A stretch of DNA of 64,000 nucleotides from an uncultured Planctomycetota bacterium (GTDB lineage Bacteria; Planctomycetota; Planctomycetia; Isosphaerales; Isosphaeraceae), in the NCBI GenBank assembly GCA_963737655.1, contig CAVTTN010000002.1:1792001-1856000 (forward strand). The letters run 5' to 3'. Positions within the stretch are counted from its first letter, which is position 1. Each line of letters begins with the position of its first letter. The notes below the pieces were generated by a model, which worked only from the letters and a program-made list of their open reading frames with translations, ran no database searches and had not been told where the DNA came from. Positions 23,201-31,578 of this stretch are shown here, in pieces. The translations under genes were made by a program, and so were the position numbers.

Positions 23201-24360
23201 AGATCGCCACGCTCGGCCCCAACCACCCCACGACGCTGTTGACGCTCCACAACCTCGCCACGGCCTACCTGCTCGTCGGCAGGGTGCCCGAGGCGATCTC
23301 GATCCTGGAACGTGTCACCGACGCCTCGAGCGCCAGCCTGGGCCCCGACCATCTCGATACCCTGCGTATGCTCGGGGAACTCGCCGATGCGTACCGGGCC
23401 TCCGGCAAGCCCGCCCAGGCGGTCACGCTCCTCGAGCGCATCCGCCGGGGCCAGGCCGCCAAGCTCCCCCCCGACCATCCTCAGGTCCGCATGACGCTGG
23501 AGTATCTCAAGGCGGCTTACAAGGACGCGGGCAGGCTCCCCGAGGCAATCGCCCTGCTGGAGCAACGCCGCGATGATCAGACCGCCAGGCTCGGCCCCGA
23601 CGATCCCGCGACCCTCAGCACGCTCAACCAGCTCGCCGTGATGTACTGGAAGACGAAGCGGCTCGACAAATCCGTGCCGTTGTTCGAGGAGTTGGTCAAG
23701 CGGGGCGAGGCCAAGGGCGGACGCCAGGATCCGCAAGTCCTGCTGAACGTCGGCAACCTCGGGGTGAACTACATGGATGCCGGCCGGCTGGGGGAGGCCA
23801 TCCCGCTCCTCGAAGAAGCCTATCGAGCGTCGAAGCAATTCCCCTCGCTTCGCGACGTCGCCAACCCTTTGATCGAAGCCTACAGGAGGTCGGGCCAGGA
23901 CGCCAAGCTCGTCGAGTTGATCCGCGAGCGATTGCCGGAGGCCCGGAAATCGCTGCCCGAGGACAGCCCGGAACTGGCCGGGATGCTCACCCAGCTCGGC
24001 CTGAGCCTCCTCCAGCAGAAGCAATGGATCGAGGCCGAATCGCACCTCCGCGAGTCCCTGGCCATCCGCGAGAGGAAGGAGCCGGACGACTGGCGGACCT
24101 CCAACACGAAGTCCGCAGTCGGTGGGGCTCTGCTCGGCCAGAAGAAATTCGCCGAGGCCGAGCCGCTGCTCCTCGCCGGCTACGAAGGGATGAAGCAGCG
24201 CGAGGAGAGCATCCCCCCCGGCGCCACCCGCATCGCAGAGGCCCTCGACCGGCTGATCGAGTTCTCCATGGCCACGAACAGGCCGGACGACGTCAAGAAG
24301 TGGCAAGCCGAGCGGGCGAAGTACCCGAAGGCGGCCCCGAGGCCGGGGGAGAAAAAGTGA
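20275..24360 (+). CDS. Hanks-type Ser/Thr protein kinase with TM helix and long TPR array
   Basis: GEGGMG, VALK, HRDLKPGN, DFG, GTPTYMSPE; TM segment; many 42-aa LGPDHPxTLxTLNNLA repeats; GGAG RBS. Confidence 0.95.
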   Translation: MSEIELFTEALNRTDPAERAAFLDRACAGDAELRRRIDELLAGHARSSPLDRPPLSPGESSETVDRATALATGEHRPHEGTETLAHVDPRATPDGKSGASAPSTDATGEFRPDRAAATIDHADSDATTATPKAPSSHQALVTTGEGIGTVIAGRYTLVEVIGEGGMGSVYLASQTEPVRRQVALKLIKTGMDSRGVLARFDAERQALALMDHPNIARIYDGGVTPAGQPFFVMELVKGVPLTDYCDRKRLSVKARLDLFVSVCLAVQHAHQKGIIHRDLKPGNVLVTEVDGKPTPKVIDFGVAKAKEVKLTDMSFSDVGAIVGTPTYMSPEQADPTSMDIDTRTDVYALGVMLYELLTGSPPIDARQFQRGAILEMLRMVREVDPPRPSTRLSTAEALPNIAANRSIEPARLSRLLQGELDWVVMKALEKDRSRRYDTANGFARDIQRYLADEVVEARPPSRGYRLKKFAKRNKGQVVAASLVLITLLAGIAGTTFGMIRAEKRREEAERNLAFARKGNEILSSVFTGLDPRRTYANLSELKEALADNLANAVKELDGSAIGDPREVATMQHELGQSLVGLGRFDPAIEVLKKSSDTMVAWLGPDYPGTLTTLNSLAVAYNNVGRSPEAIAILVRVRDAQERTLGPDHNDTLNTLNNLAVVYMEASRLPEAIATLERARDAAIAKLGPNHLGTLTTLSNLAQAYQLLGRTSEATAILERVRDAKIATLGPDHPSTLSTLNNLAGAYSGAGKLPEAIALYERVRDARVATLGPNHPSTLQTFNNLAVAYKAAGRSSDAVAVYERVRDAQVAKLGPNHPDTLSTLNNLATSYTGADQLPKVIALYERVLEGSIATLGPDNPNTLATQSNLAQAYEAVGKRSEAIAMFERVRDAVIAKLGPDHPSTLTTLNNLASAYLSANRLTEAIPLLERIRSARAAKLGPDHPDTLVAEHNLAAAYKAAGKLPESIALFERVRDRQIATLGPNHPTTLLTLHNLATAYLLVGRVPEAISILERVTDASSASLGPDHLDTLRMLGELADAYRASGKPAQAVTLLERIRRGQAAKLPPDHPQVRMTLEYLKAAYKDAGRLPEAIALLEQRRDDQTARLGPDDPATLSTLNQLAVMYWKTKRLDKSVPLFEELVKRGEAKGGRQDPQVLLNVGNLGVNYMDAGRLGEAIPLLEEAYRASKQFPSLRDVANPLIEAYRRSGQDAKLVELIRERLPEARKSLPEDSPELAGMLTQLGLSLLQQKQWIEAESHLRESLAIRERKEPDDWRTSNTKSAVGGALLGQKKFAEAEPLLLAGYEGMKQREESIPPGATRIAEALDRLIEFSMATNRPDDVKKWQAERAKYPKAAPRPGEKK

Positions 24361-24428
24361 CCCCCATCGACCACCTCCGCGCGAGGATCCGGCCACCCGA
24401 CCGAGTTGGCTAAACGCTTGCCTCCGCT

Positions 24429-25802
24429 TCAGGTATCCAGCCTCTGGATTCGCTTGTTGATGTCCACGTTGACCGAGTAGTAGGGGTGGGTCAGGCGACC
24501 GGTGTCGAAGATCGTTCGGAGGTCCTCGACGTCGTCCGCCCCCAGGGCGTGGCCGAAGATGGTTCGGAGGTATTCGATCCCCTTGGGCGAGGGCTGGAAC
24601 CTCTTGGAGTCGTAGAACGACAGGGCCAGGGGGCGGGCGTGGATCGTGTTCCAGCGGTCCCGGAGCTTGTTCGCGTCGATGCTCTGGTAGGTGAATCCGC
24701 CGTCTCGGTACTGGAGGATGGCCACGCAGTTGTGGAGTCCCTCGACGAGTAGATCCACGGCTTTGCCGCCGAGCTGAGTGGCGTGGAAACGGTCGAAGAG
24801 GATGGGACGGCCGCCTCTCTGGGTATGGCCGACTTTTCGGACGAAGATGGCGGCGTCGGCGCTCTCGTTGCGCCTCTTGTGGGTGAAGAACTCGTTGCCG
24901 ATTCTTTCGACCAGGAGCCGCTTGACGGCCTCGGCCGCCCCGGTGTACTGGACGTTGCCGGCGGGGTCCTTGCTAGCGGTCAGGGCGCCGAGGCTCTGGC
25001 CATCGGGGCCGACCACGCCCTCGGAGACGCACAGGACGGCGTGCTTCTGGTTGTCCAGGACGGCCAGGACGCGCTCGACCAGGGCGTCGGGATCGACGGG
25101 GCTCTCGGGGACGAGGATCAGGTCGGGCTGGCCGTAGGCGGTGCCCAGGGCGATCATCCCGCTGTCCCGGCCCATGACCTCGATGATCGCGACCCGGCGA
25201 TGGCTCTCGGCCGTCGTCCGGATCCGCTGGACGCTGGCCGACGATACGTAGACTGCCGTGGCATAGCCCGGGGTAACGAAATTGACCATCTCATCGAGGG
25301 CGAAGTCCCGGCCGGGCCTCTTCTTGTACTTGTACCCCTTGGGATTGTCGGCCGGCTCGCGGACCCACTCGGTGTGCTCGTCGGGGTAGTTCAGGCCGAG
25401 GTCGTTGTCGATCGTCTTGGGGGCGAGGACGGTGGGGAGGTGCCGGGAGAGGGGTTGCATCCCGTTGATGGTGCCGTCGCCTCCGACGCAGATCAGGCCG
25501 TCGAGCTTCAGGCGCGCCAGGCGGTCGGCGACCTGCGAGATGGTCTCCACGTCGTCACCGTCCACGTAATCGCGAGAGGCGCCGAGGATCGTTCCTCCGT
25601 AGGTGGCCTGGAGCTCCGGGATGCCCTGGAACAAGGGGTTGAGGTGGACGTGAGGCACCTGGGGGTTCAGCAGGCCGCTGAACCCCTTGATGATGCCGAA
25701 GACCTCGATCCGCAGCTGGTTGGCCCTCTGGACGGCCCCGAGGATGGTGGCGTTGAGGGCGGGGGTGTCTCCGCCGGCGGTGAGGATGCCGATCCGTTTC
25801 AT
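24429..25802 (-). CDS. pfkA: 6-phosphofructokinase (PfkA family)
   Basis: TAGGDTP, GGTILG, GGDGT, PKTIDND, EVMGR, GHTQRGG. Confidence 0.92.
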   Translation of the reverse strand: MKRIGILTAGGDTPALNATILGAVQRANQLRIEVFGIIKGFSGLLNPQVPHVHLNPLFQGIPELQATYGGTILGASRDYVDGDDVETISQVADRLARLKLDGLICVGGDGTINGMQPLSRHLPTVLAPKTIDNDLGLNYPDEHTEWVREPADNPKGYKYKKRPGRDFALDEMVNFVTPGYATAVYVSSASVQRIRTTAESHRRVAIIEVMGRDSGMIALGTAYGQPDLILVPESPVDPDALVERVLAVLDNQKHAVLCVSEGVVGPDGQSLGALTASKDPAGNVQYTGAAEAVKRLLVERIGNEFFTHKRRNESADAAIFVRKVGHTQRGGRPILFDRFHATQLGGKAVDLLVEGLHNCVAILQYRDGGFTYQSIDANKLRDRWNTIHARPLALSFYDSKRFQPSPKGIEYLRTIFGHALGADDVEDLRTIFDTGRLTHPYYSVNVDINKRIQRLDT

Positions 25803-26032
25803 GGGGTGTCCTGCTCGGCCCGGGTGAGGATCAGGGAGGGGCCGCCTTCAAGGCTCACGGCGTCGCCGAGGGCCATCTGGCGGCGTTTCCGCAATTCGAC
25901 CTCGCCGTTGACGCGGACCTTCCCCTCGGCGATCAGGGCCTTGGCCTGACCGCCGTTCTCGACCCAGTTGGCGAGCTTAAGCACCTGGGTCAGGTTGATC
26001 TCGCGGTCACCGACGGGGAGGGTCTCGATCAT
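25799..26032 (-). CDS. S4-domain RNA-binding protein (YaaA/YbcJ-like)
   Basis: INLTQVLK...GGQAK...VRVNGEVELRKRRQ. Confidence 0.9.
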   Translation of the reverse strand: MIETLPVGDREINLTQVLKLANWVENGGQAKALIAEGKVRVNGEVELRKRRQMALGDAVSLEGGPSLILTRAEQDTP

Positions 26033-26693
26033 TGTTGTCCCCAACCCGCTCGATCTCGTCCTTGACCGCGTCCCCCACGGCCTTGCCCAGGCGGGAGCGC
26101 CCCTGGCGGACGAGGTCGGGGACCGAAGGGGCCTCGGAGGACGGGGCGGGGCTGGCCGACGGACCGTCGGCAACGGAGGAAGGAAGGGCCTGAGCGTCGG
26201 AGAGATGCGCCCAGAACGGCAGGACCACGCCGCGGACCTCGTCGGGGAGGACCGGCCCGACGGCGTCCATCACCCGGCCCACGAAATGGCCGGTGGGGCT
26301 GGCGAAGATCGGCCCCCGGGTGCTCGGCGCGAGGCTCGCCACGAACATCGTCCCGACCAGACCGAGAATGGCTCCCTCGGCGCCGCCCAGGAGCATTCCG
26401 AGGTGGCGGTCGTACGCCTCGAACTTCATCTTGCGGAGGGTCGCCCGCACGGTCCAGGCCACGAGGAACACGCCTCCGGAGACCACGACATAGGCCGCCA
26501 GCATCGACCCGGCCCTCTGGACAGCCGGTTCTCCCGGCAGGTACGGGGCGAGCCGGGCCGAGACGGCATGCGAGCAGAGATACCCCAGGACGAGCGAGGC
26601 GATGCTGGCGATTTGCCATGTCACCCCCCGGATCGCCCCCCAGACCATTCCTGCCAGGACCAGGCCGATCATCACCGCGTCATAGGGCGTCAT
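26007..26693 (-). CDS. CvpA (colicin V production) family membrane protein
   Basis: D...GAIRG N-terminus, DRHLGMLLG, four TMs. Confidence 0.85.
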   Translation of the reverse strand: MTPYDAVMIGLVLAGMVWGAIRGVTWQIASIASLVLGYLCSHAVSARLAPYLPGEPAVQRAGSMLAAYVVVSGGVFLVAWTVRATLRKMKFEAYDRHLGMLLGGAEGAILGLVGTMFVASLAPSTRGPIFASPTGHFVGRVMDAVGPVLPDEVRGVVLPFWAHLSDAQALPSSVADGPSASPAPSSEAPSVPDLVRQGRSRLGKAVGDAVKDEIERVGDNNDRDPPRR

Positions 26694-26784
26694 CCCTGAC
26701 CTCCCGGTGTCTCGTGGGCGCGATTCCCTCCGCGTCCTCATGGTAACCGGTCGGCCGGGCGGGGCAAATGGCGATTTCGGGCTC

Positions 26785-27327
26785 TCAATGGAACCCTTTG
26801 CGGCGGTGGCGGCTATATCGTTGGAGAGAGTCCTCGATGACCGGCATGGCGGCCTCGGCGGCCTGGAACTCGTCCACCTCGACCGACTTCCCTTCCAGGA
26901 GCTTGTAGTCCTGGAAGAAGCGGCGGAGCATCGTCAGACGGTGGACCGGCAGTTCACCGGCCTCCTTGAAGCTGTTGAACTCGGGGTCTCCGACGGCCAC
27001 GGCGAGGATCTTGTGGTCGCGCTTGCCGCTGTCGATCATCGTCATCAGCCCGATGGCCCGGGCCGTGACCAGGGTCATCGGCGCCACGGCCTCCTGGCAG
27101 AGGACCAGGACGTCCAGAGGATCGTCGTCCTCGGCGTAGGTCTGGGGGATGAAGCCGTAATTGGCCGGGTAATACACGGCTGAATAGAGGACACGGTCCA
27201 TCCGGAGGAGGCCGGTCTTCTTGTCCAGCTCGTATTTGACGCTCGACCCCATCGGGATCTCGACCAGGGCGTTGAACTCCTGGGGCAGGTGCTCGCCGGG
27301 GGTCACGTCGTGCCAGGGGTGCAGCAT
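26785..27327 (-). CDS. ppa: Inorganic pyrophosphatase, family I
   Basis: HPWHD, KYELDK, YPANYGFIPQT, DDDPLDVLV, FFQDYK. Confidence 0.96.
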   Translation of the reverse strand: MLHPWHDVTPGEHLPQEFNALVEIPMGSSVKYELDKKTGLLRMDRVLYSAVYYPANYGFIPQTYAEDDDPLDVLVLCQEAVAPMTLVTARAIGLMTMIDSGKRDHKILAVAVGDPEFNSFKEAGELPVHRLTMLRRFFQDYKLLEGKSVEVDEFQAAEAAMPVIEDSLQRYSRHRRKGFH

Positions 27328-27548
27328 CGCGGTCGGGCTTCCAGGGCGAATGGGGAAACATTTGCGGTCGTGGCTTGGATTGTACCATCGTCGGGTTCGG
27401 AAATCATCAGGGGATGGCTCGACGTGATCGTGTGTGCATTGGGCGGGAGAGGATCTCTTCCTTGACCCGAATCGGTGATCGCGTCGCCGGTCTGCCTCGA
27501 TGATGTGTTTGGAGACAAAAATCCAAGTCACCGGGCCCTCCGCCATTT

Positions 27549-29093
27549 ATGCTCCGACTCGATCGACTCCGCCCATGCCAGATCGCCGACGCTCCCCCTC
27601 GGACGCCCGAGGGGCTGTGGGCTTGGGTCCTCGCCTTCACGGGCATTCGGATCGCCCGGGAGCCGGTCTGCCCGGGGCATTGTTCGCCCTGGAAGTTCTT
27701 CTCGGAGATGTACTTCGGGAGGCCCTCTCTGGCCGTCGTTCTCGGGGCTCGGGGGGCCGGCAAGTCGTTCCTGTCGGCCCTGGATACCCACATGACCAGC
27801 CGGTTCCGGCCGAGGCACGGGACGCGCATCCTGGGCGGGAGCCGGTCGCAGTCCGAGCAGGTCTATCGCGTCCTCCGCGAGACGATCCACGACGGGTCGG
27901 GGCCTCTGGGGTCCGATGCGTCCTCGATCGCCCGACTGTTGAAGACCGAGGCCCGGTATCGCAACGGTTCGGAGGTCGCGATCCTCGCGGCGTCGAGCCG
28001 GAGCGTCCGAGGCCCGCACGTCCCTAGCTTGAAGCTCGACGAGGTCGATGAAATCGACATCGAGCTGCGAGAGGCCGCGATGGGGATGTGCATGGCCCGG
28101 GGCGGCTCGTCCGCGTCGGTCCTGATGACCTCGACGTGGCATCGCGTGGGAGGACCGATGGAGGGCCTGGTCGAGCGGGGCCGGGCCGGGGAATTCCCTC
28201 TCTATACCTTCTGCGCCTTCGACGTCCTCGAACGCTGCCCGGAGGAACGCTCGGGACCTAACCTGGAGAAATGCCCGGCGTGCCCGCTGGTGGCGTATTG
28301 CCACGACGTCAGCGACGGCGGCCCTCCTCTGGCGAAGCGATCCGACGGCCATTATGCCATCGACGCGTTGATCCAGAAGGCTCGGACGACGGCCTCTCGG
28401 ACGTTCGAGGCCGATTACCTCTGTCGAGGGCCCAAGGCCGATGGCCTCTGGTTTCCGATGTTCCGGCCCGAGACCCACGTGGAACTTCGGGCCGAATACG
28501 ACCCGGCGTTGCCGGTGCATCTGGCGATCGACTCGGGAGTGTTCACCGGAGCGGTCTTCTTCCAGGTCGCCCTGCGGATGACGACCGAGGGCCTCGTGGA
28601 GGAGGTCCGCGTGTTCGCCGATTACCTGGCGGAAGGCTCGACGGCGGAAAATCATGCCAGAGCGATCATGGACGTGGCCCGATCTCGATGTAACGGAAGG
28701 GTGGACGTCGCTTCGACCGACCCGGCCGGAGGGGCGAGGAACCCAGTCGGCCCGACGGTGATCGCCGAGTACGAGCGGGTCGGTCTGCGCCCTCTTCGGC
28801 GATGGCCGTTGGGGGCGGTGGCCGACGGCCTGGCCCTGGTGGAGTCGTTCGTGAGCCCGGCCGACGGCCGCCCCCGCCTGCTCGTCCACCCGCGATGCGT
28901 CGCCCTGACGAACGCCCTCCGGGGTTATCGCCGGGCGAGGCGCGGTGGCCAGTGGCAGGATTATCCCGAGGACCCCCAGCACCCCCACGAGGACCTCGTG
29001 GACGCGCTCCGGGGGGGACTGCGTGCCTGTTTCCCCGAGGGACGTTCGTCCCGTCCGACCCTCGCGAGGGTCTCAGCCCGACAGGTCTTCTGA
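27549..29093 (+). CDS. terL: Terminase large subunit
   Basis: Walker A GARGAGKS, NGSEV...SVRG, Walker B LKLDEVDE, coupling motif MTST; RNase H-like LAIDSG, DPAG, HPRC, HEDLVDALR. Confidence 0.88.
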   Translation: MLRLDRLRPCQIADAPPRTPEGLWAWVLAFTGIRIAREPVCPGHCSPWKFFSEMYFGRPSLAVVLGARGAGKSFLSALDTHMTSRFRPRHGTRILGGSRSQSEQVYRVLRETIHDGSGPLGSDASSIARLLKTEARYRNGSEVAILAASSRSVRGPHVPSLKLDEVDEIDIELREAAMGMCMARGGSSASVLMTSTWHRVGGPMEGLVERGRAGEFPLYTFCAFDVLERCPEERSGPNLEKCPACPLVAYCHDVSDGGPPLAKRSDGHYAIDALIQKARTTASRTFEADYLCRGPKADGLWFPMFRPETHVELRAEYDPALPVHLAIDSGVFTGAVFFQVALRMTTEGLVEEVRVFADYLAEGSTAENHARAIMDVARSRCNGRVDVASTDPAGGARNPVGPTVIAEYERVGLRPLRRWPLGAVADGLALVESFVSPADGRPRLLVHPRCVALTNALRGYRRARRGGQWQDYPEDPQHPHEDLVDALRGGLRACFPEGRSSRPTLARVSARQVF

Positions 29094-30697
29094 TGCCCAA
29101 AGACACCCAGGACCTCGAACTGATCGGCCGCCGCCACCCCGAGTGGCGCGAGCACCAACTCCGCTGGCGATGGCTCCTCGACTCGCTCGAAGGGGGTGAG
29201 CGCTACCGCCAGGCGATTTATGGATATGACCGGCGCGGCCTCCCCGTGAGGAACCTCGTCCGTCACAAACGCGAATACCCCGACCCTCGCGACTGGACCG
29301 GAACGACCCTCGACGGGATGACCATCCCTGCGACTGGTCCGGACTCGATCGGCCTGACAACCGACGACGATTACGAGCTCCGGAGGGCACGTACCCCGGT
29401 GCCGACGTTCGTCGCCGAGGCCGTCGAGACCCACCTGGCCCGGGTCTACGCCCGAGAGGTTACCCGACGGGGCCCCGAGCGCCTCGTCGAATGGTGGAGG
29501 GACGTGGATGGCTGCGGGACGACGATCGACCACTGGATGGCCGAGACGATCGCGCCCTTGCTGCTGACGCTCGGCCAGCTCGACCTCTGCTTCGATCATC
29601 CCCCCGCCTCGGAGGGCGAGGAGATCGAGACGAGGGCTGATGTCCAGAGGCTGGGCCTGGATCGGTGCGTGGCCTCGTACATCCTGCCGGAAAACCTGCT
29701 CTGGTGGTCCTTGGACGAGTCGGGCAACCGGTACCGGGAATGCCTCGTCCGCGAGTTTCGCGAATCCGACGACGGGCCGGTCGCGCTCTACCGCCACTGG
29801 ACGGCCGAGGGCTGGACCCTCCTCGACCCGGAGGGTGAGACCCTCGCCTCGGCCGATCACCCGTTCGGTCGGGTGCCGATCGTCCGCGTGTTCGACGCGA
29901 GGAAGCCGAGGTGCCTGAACGTCGGCCAGTCGCGCTACGAGGGCGTCGCCGAGAGGCAGCGAGAGTACTACAACCGAGACTCCGAGCTGATCCTCTCGGA
30001 CACGACCCAGGCCCACCCGCTGCTCCAGGGCCCCGAGGACTTCGTCCAGAGCGACGGCACGATCCCGATCGGGCCGAGCTGGCTCCTGCCCAAGAAGAAG
30101 AACGTCCAGGGCAACGGCGCGACCTACGAGGGGTTCTCGGTCGTCGATTTCCCGAAGGACGGCGCGGAGTCGATCCGCAAGAACAAGGCCGACATCCGGG
30201 ACGACGTGGACCGAGACTCGGCGCTGGTCCGTCCGGCGGGGGCGTCGGGCCCGGCGCAGTCGGGACTGTCGAAGCTGGTGGACCTTCGCGACGGCAACAA
30301 CCGCCTGGCGAAGATCGCAAAGGTCCTTTCCCGAGCGGAGCACGCCGCGGCGGAGATGGCCCTGCTGGTCCTGGGCGACGGCGAGGTCGATCCGGCGATC
30401 CGCTCGGAACTGGTGATCAATTATCCGGCCGACTTCGATCTTTTCACTGCCGGGGACGTTGCCGGAGCCACGGCGGATTTCCAGGCGCTGGTGGCCCGGG
30501 CCGGGAGCCTGCCAGAGACCGAGGGCCTCATGCTCTCGCGATTGATGAGGCTCTGCCTGCCGGGATTGACCGATGCCCAGTACGCCCGGTGCGATGAGGA
30601 GGTCATGACGCTTCTGGCCGAGAGGAAGTCCACGCAGAAGTCGACGGCCGGGGAGGGTCAGTTGCAGTACCAGGACGTCAGGCGATGGACGAGCTGA
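29093..30697 (+). CDS. Probable portal protein (534 aa)
   Basis: ATG overlaps the terL stop (TGATG); portal-typical size and position; HPEW...W...D..EGG start, DVDGCGTTID, HPFGRVPIV, QSGLSK, INYPADFD. Confidence 0.78.
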   Translation: MPKDTQDLELIGRRHPEWREHQLRWRWLLDSLEGGERYRQAIYGYDRRGLPVRNLVRHKREYPDPRDWTGTTLDGMTIPATGPDSIGLTTDDDYELRRARTPVPTFVAEAVETHLARVYAREVTRRGPERLVEWWRDVDGCGTTIDHWMAETIAPLLLTLGQLDLCFDHPPASEGEEIETRADVQRLGLDRCVASYILPENLLWWSLDESGNRYRECLVREFRESDDGPVALYRHWTAEGWTLLDPEGETLASADHPFGRVPIVRVFDARKPRCLNVGQSRYEGVAERQREYYNRDSELILSDTTQAHPLLQGPEDFVQSDGTIPIGPSWLLPKKKNVQGNGATYEGFSVVDFPKDGAESIRKNKADIRDDVDRDSALVRPAGASGPAQSGLSKLVDLRDGNNRLAKIAKVLSRAEHAAAEMALLVLGDGEVDPAIRSELVINYPADFDLFTAGDVAGATADFQALVARAGSLPETEGLMLSRLMRLCLPGLTDAQYARCDEEVMTLLAERKSTQKSTAGEGQLQYQDVRRWTS

Positions 30698-30882
30698 ACC
30701 TCATTGATGGGGATCGGGGGTCCAGGGCCGACGGCCCGGGACCCTCCGAGGAGATAGACCGAATGGTTCCGAGGGAAGTCTCTTCTCTGGCCGCCGCGAT
30801 GGTCGCGGTGGTCGCGGCGGCGGCGGTCGTCCGAGGGCTGATCGCCCCGGCGGTCCTGGGCCTGTTCGACCGGCGGAAGTGA
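30685..30882 (+). CDS. Small protein with one hydrophobic helix (65 aa)
   Basis: Overlaps both neighbours; acidic N-terminus, hydrophobic stretch, basic end DRRK. Confidence 0.45.
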   Translation: MDELNLIDGDRGSRADGPGPSEEIDRMVPREVSSLAAAMVAVVAAAAVVRGLIAPAVLGLFDRRK

Positions 30883-31472
30883 GCGATCCGATGATGGCGG
30901 GAGACTCGGGGATGCAGACTGAACCGACGACCTTCGAGCCGGGCGACCCGGGGCCGAGCGGCCCCTCGGCCGACGAGATGGTCACGATCTCGCGCTCGGA
31001 GCTGGAGGCGCTGAGGGCTCGGGCCGGGTCGCCGGCCGGCCGGCCCGAGGAGGCCGCCGAGGCTGACCGCCGTCTCGCCGAGCTGGAGAAGGCGTACCGG
31101 GGGGCCGTCCTGGATCGCGAGCTGGCCACGGCGCTAGCCGGACGGCCCCTGGTGCCGGGGGCGGCGGCTCAACTCATCAAGCTGTGGCGCGAGGATTTCG
31201 ACGTGTATGAATCCGACGGCTCGCTCCGGGCCGTCTCTCGCGAGGGCAAGCCGCTGGCGAAGGCGGTGGCCGAGCGGCTGGCGGAGCCGGAATTCGCCCA
31301 CTTCCGGGCCCCATCGTCGCGAGGAGGGGCAGCGGCCCGAGGGGCGAATCGCCCTCCGGGGCCTGAGCCAATCGGCGCGAAGACCCTGGGCGAGGCCGCA
31401 CTGATCCGCTGGCGGGAAGCCGCCTCGGGTCCAACCGGGGCCGCCCAGGCCATCGGCCTCCGCCGTCGCTAG
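30879..31472 (+). CDS. Probable capsid scaffolding protein
   Basis: Directly upstream of the MCP; acidic/Pro N-terminus, coiled coil, then HF...RGG motif and flexible tail as in phage scaffolds. Confidence 0.62.
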   Translation: MSDPMMAGDSGMQTEPTTFEPGDPGPSGPSADEMVTISRSELEALRARAGSPAGRPEEAAEADRRLAELEKAYRGAVLDRELATALAGRPLVPGAAAQLIKLWREDFDVYESDGSLRAVSREGKPLAKAVAERLAEPEFAHFRAPSSRGGAAARGANRPPGPEPIGAKTLGEAALIRWREAASGPTGAAQAIGLRRR

Positions 31473-31578
31473 GGGCGGGTCGAGTCATGAACGGTCCGGT
31501 GGATGAACCGCCGGCGTCCCTCTCGGAGCGAGCCGTCACCGCGGAGATTCGTCCGCTTTTCCGGGAGATCGTCTCGTC

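Noticed and set aside
22070..23650. Regular ~126-bp repeats that might suggest a CRISPR array
   Set aside because: They are in-frame TPR coding repeats with no unique spacers and no cas genes.
20152..24396. Very long antisense or alternate-frame ORFs (e.g. 1414 aa here, 4989-8435, 54254-56986)
   Set aside because: Shadows of real genes in high-GC DNA; Arg/Gly/Pro-rich with no motifs.
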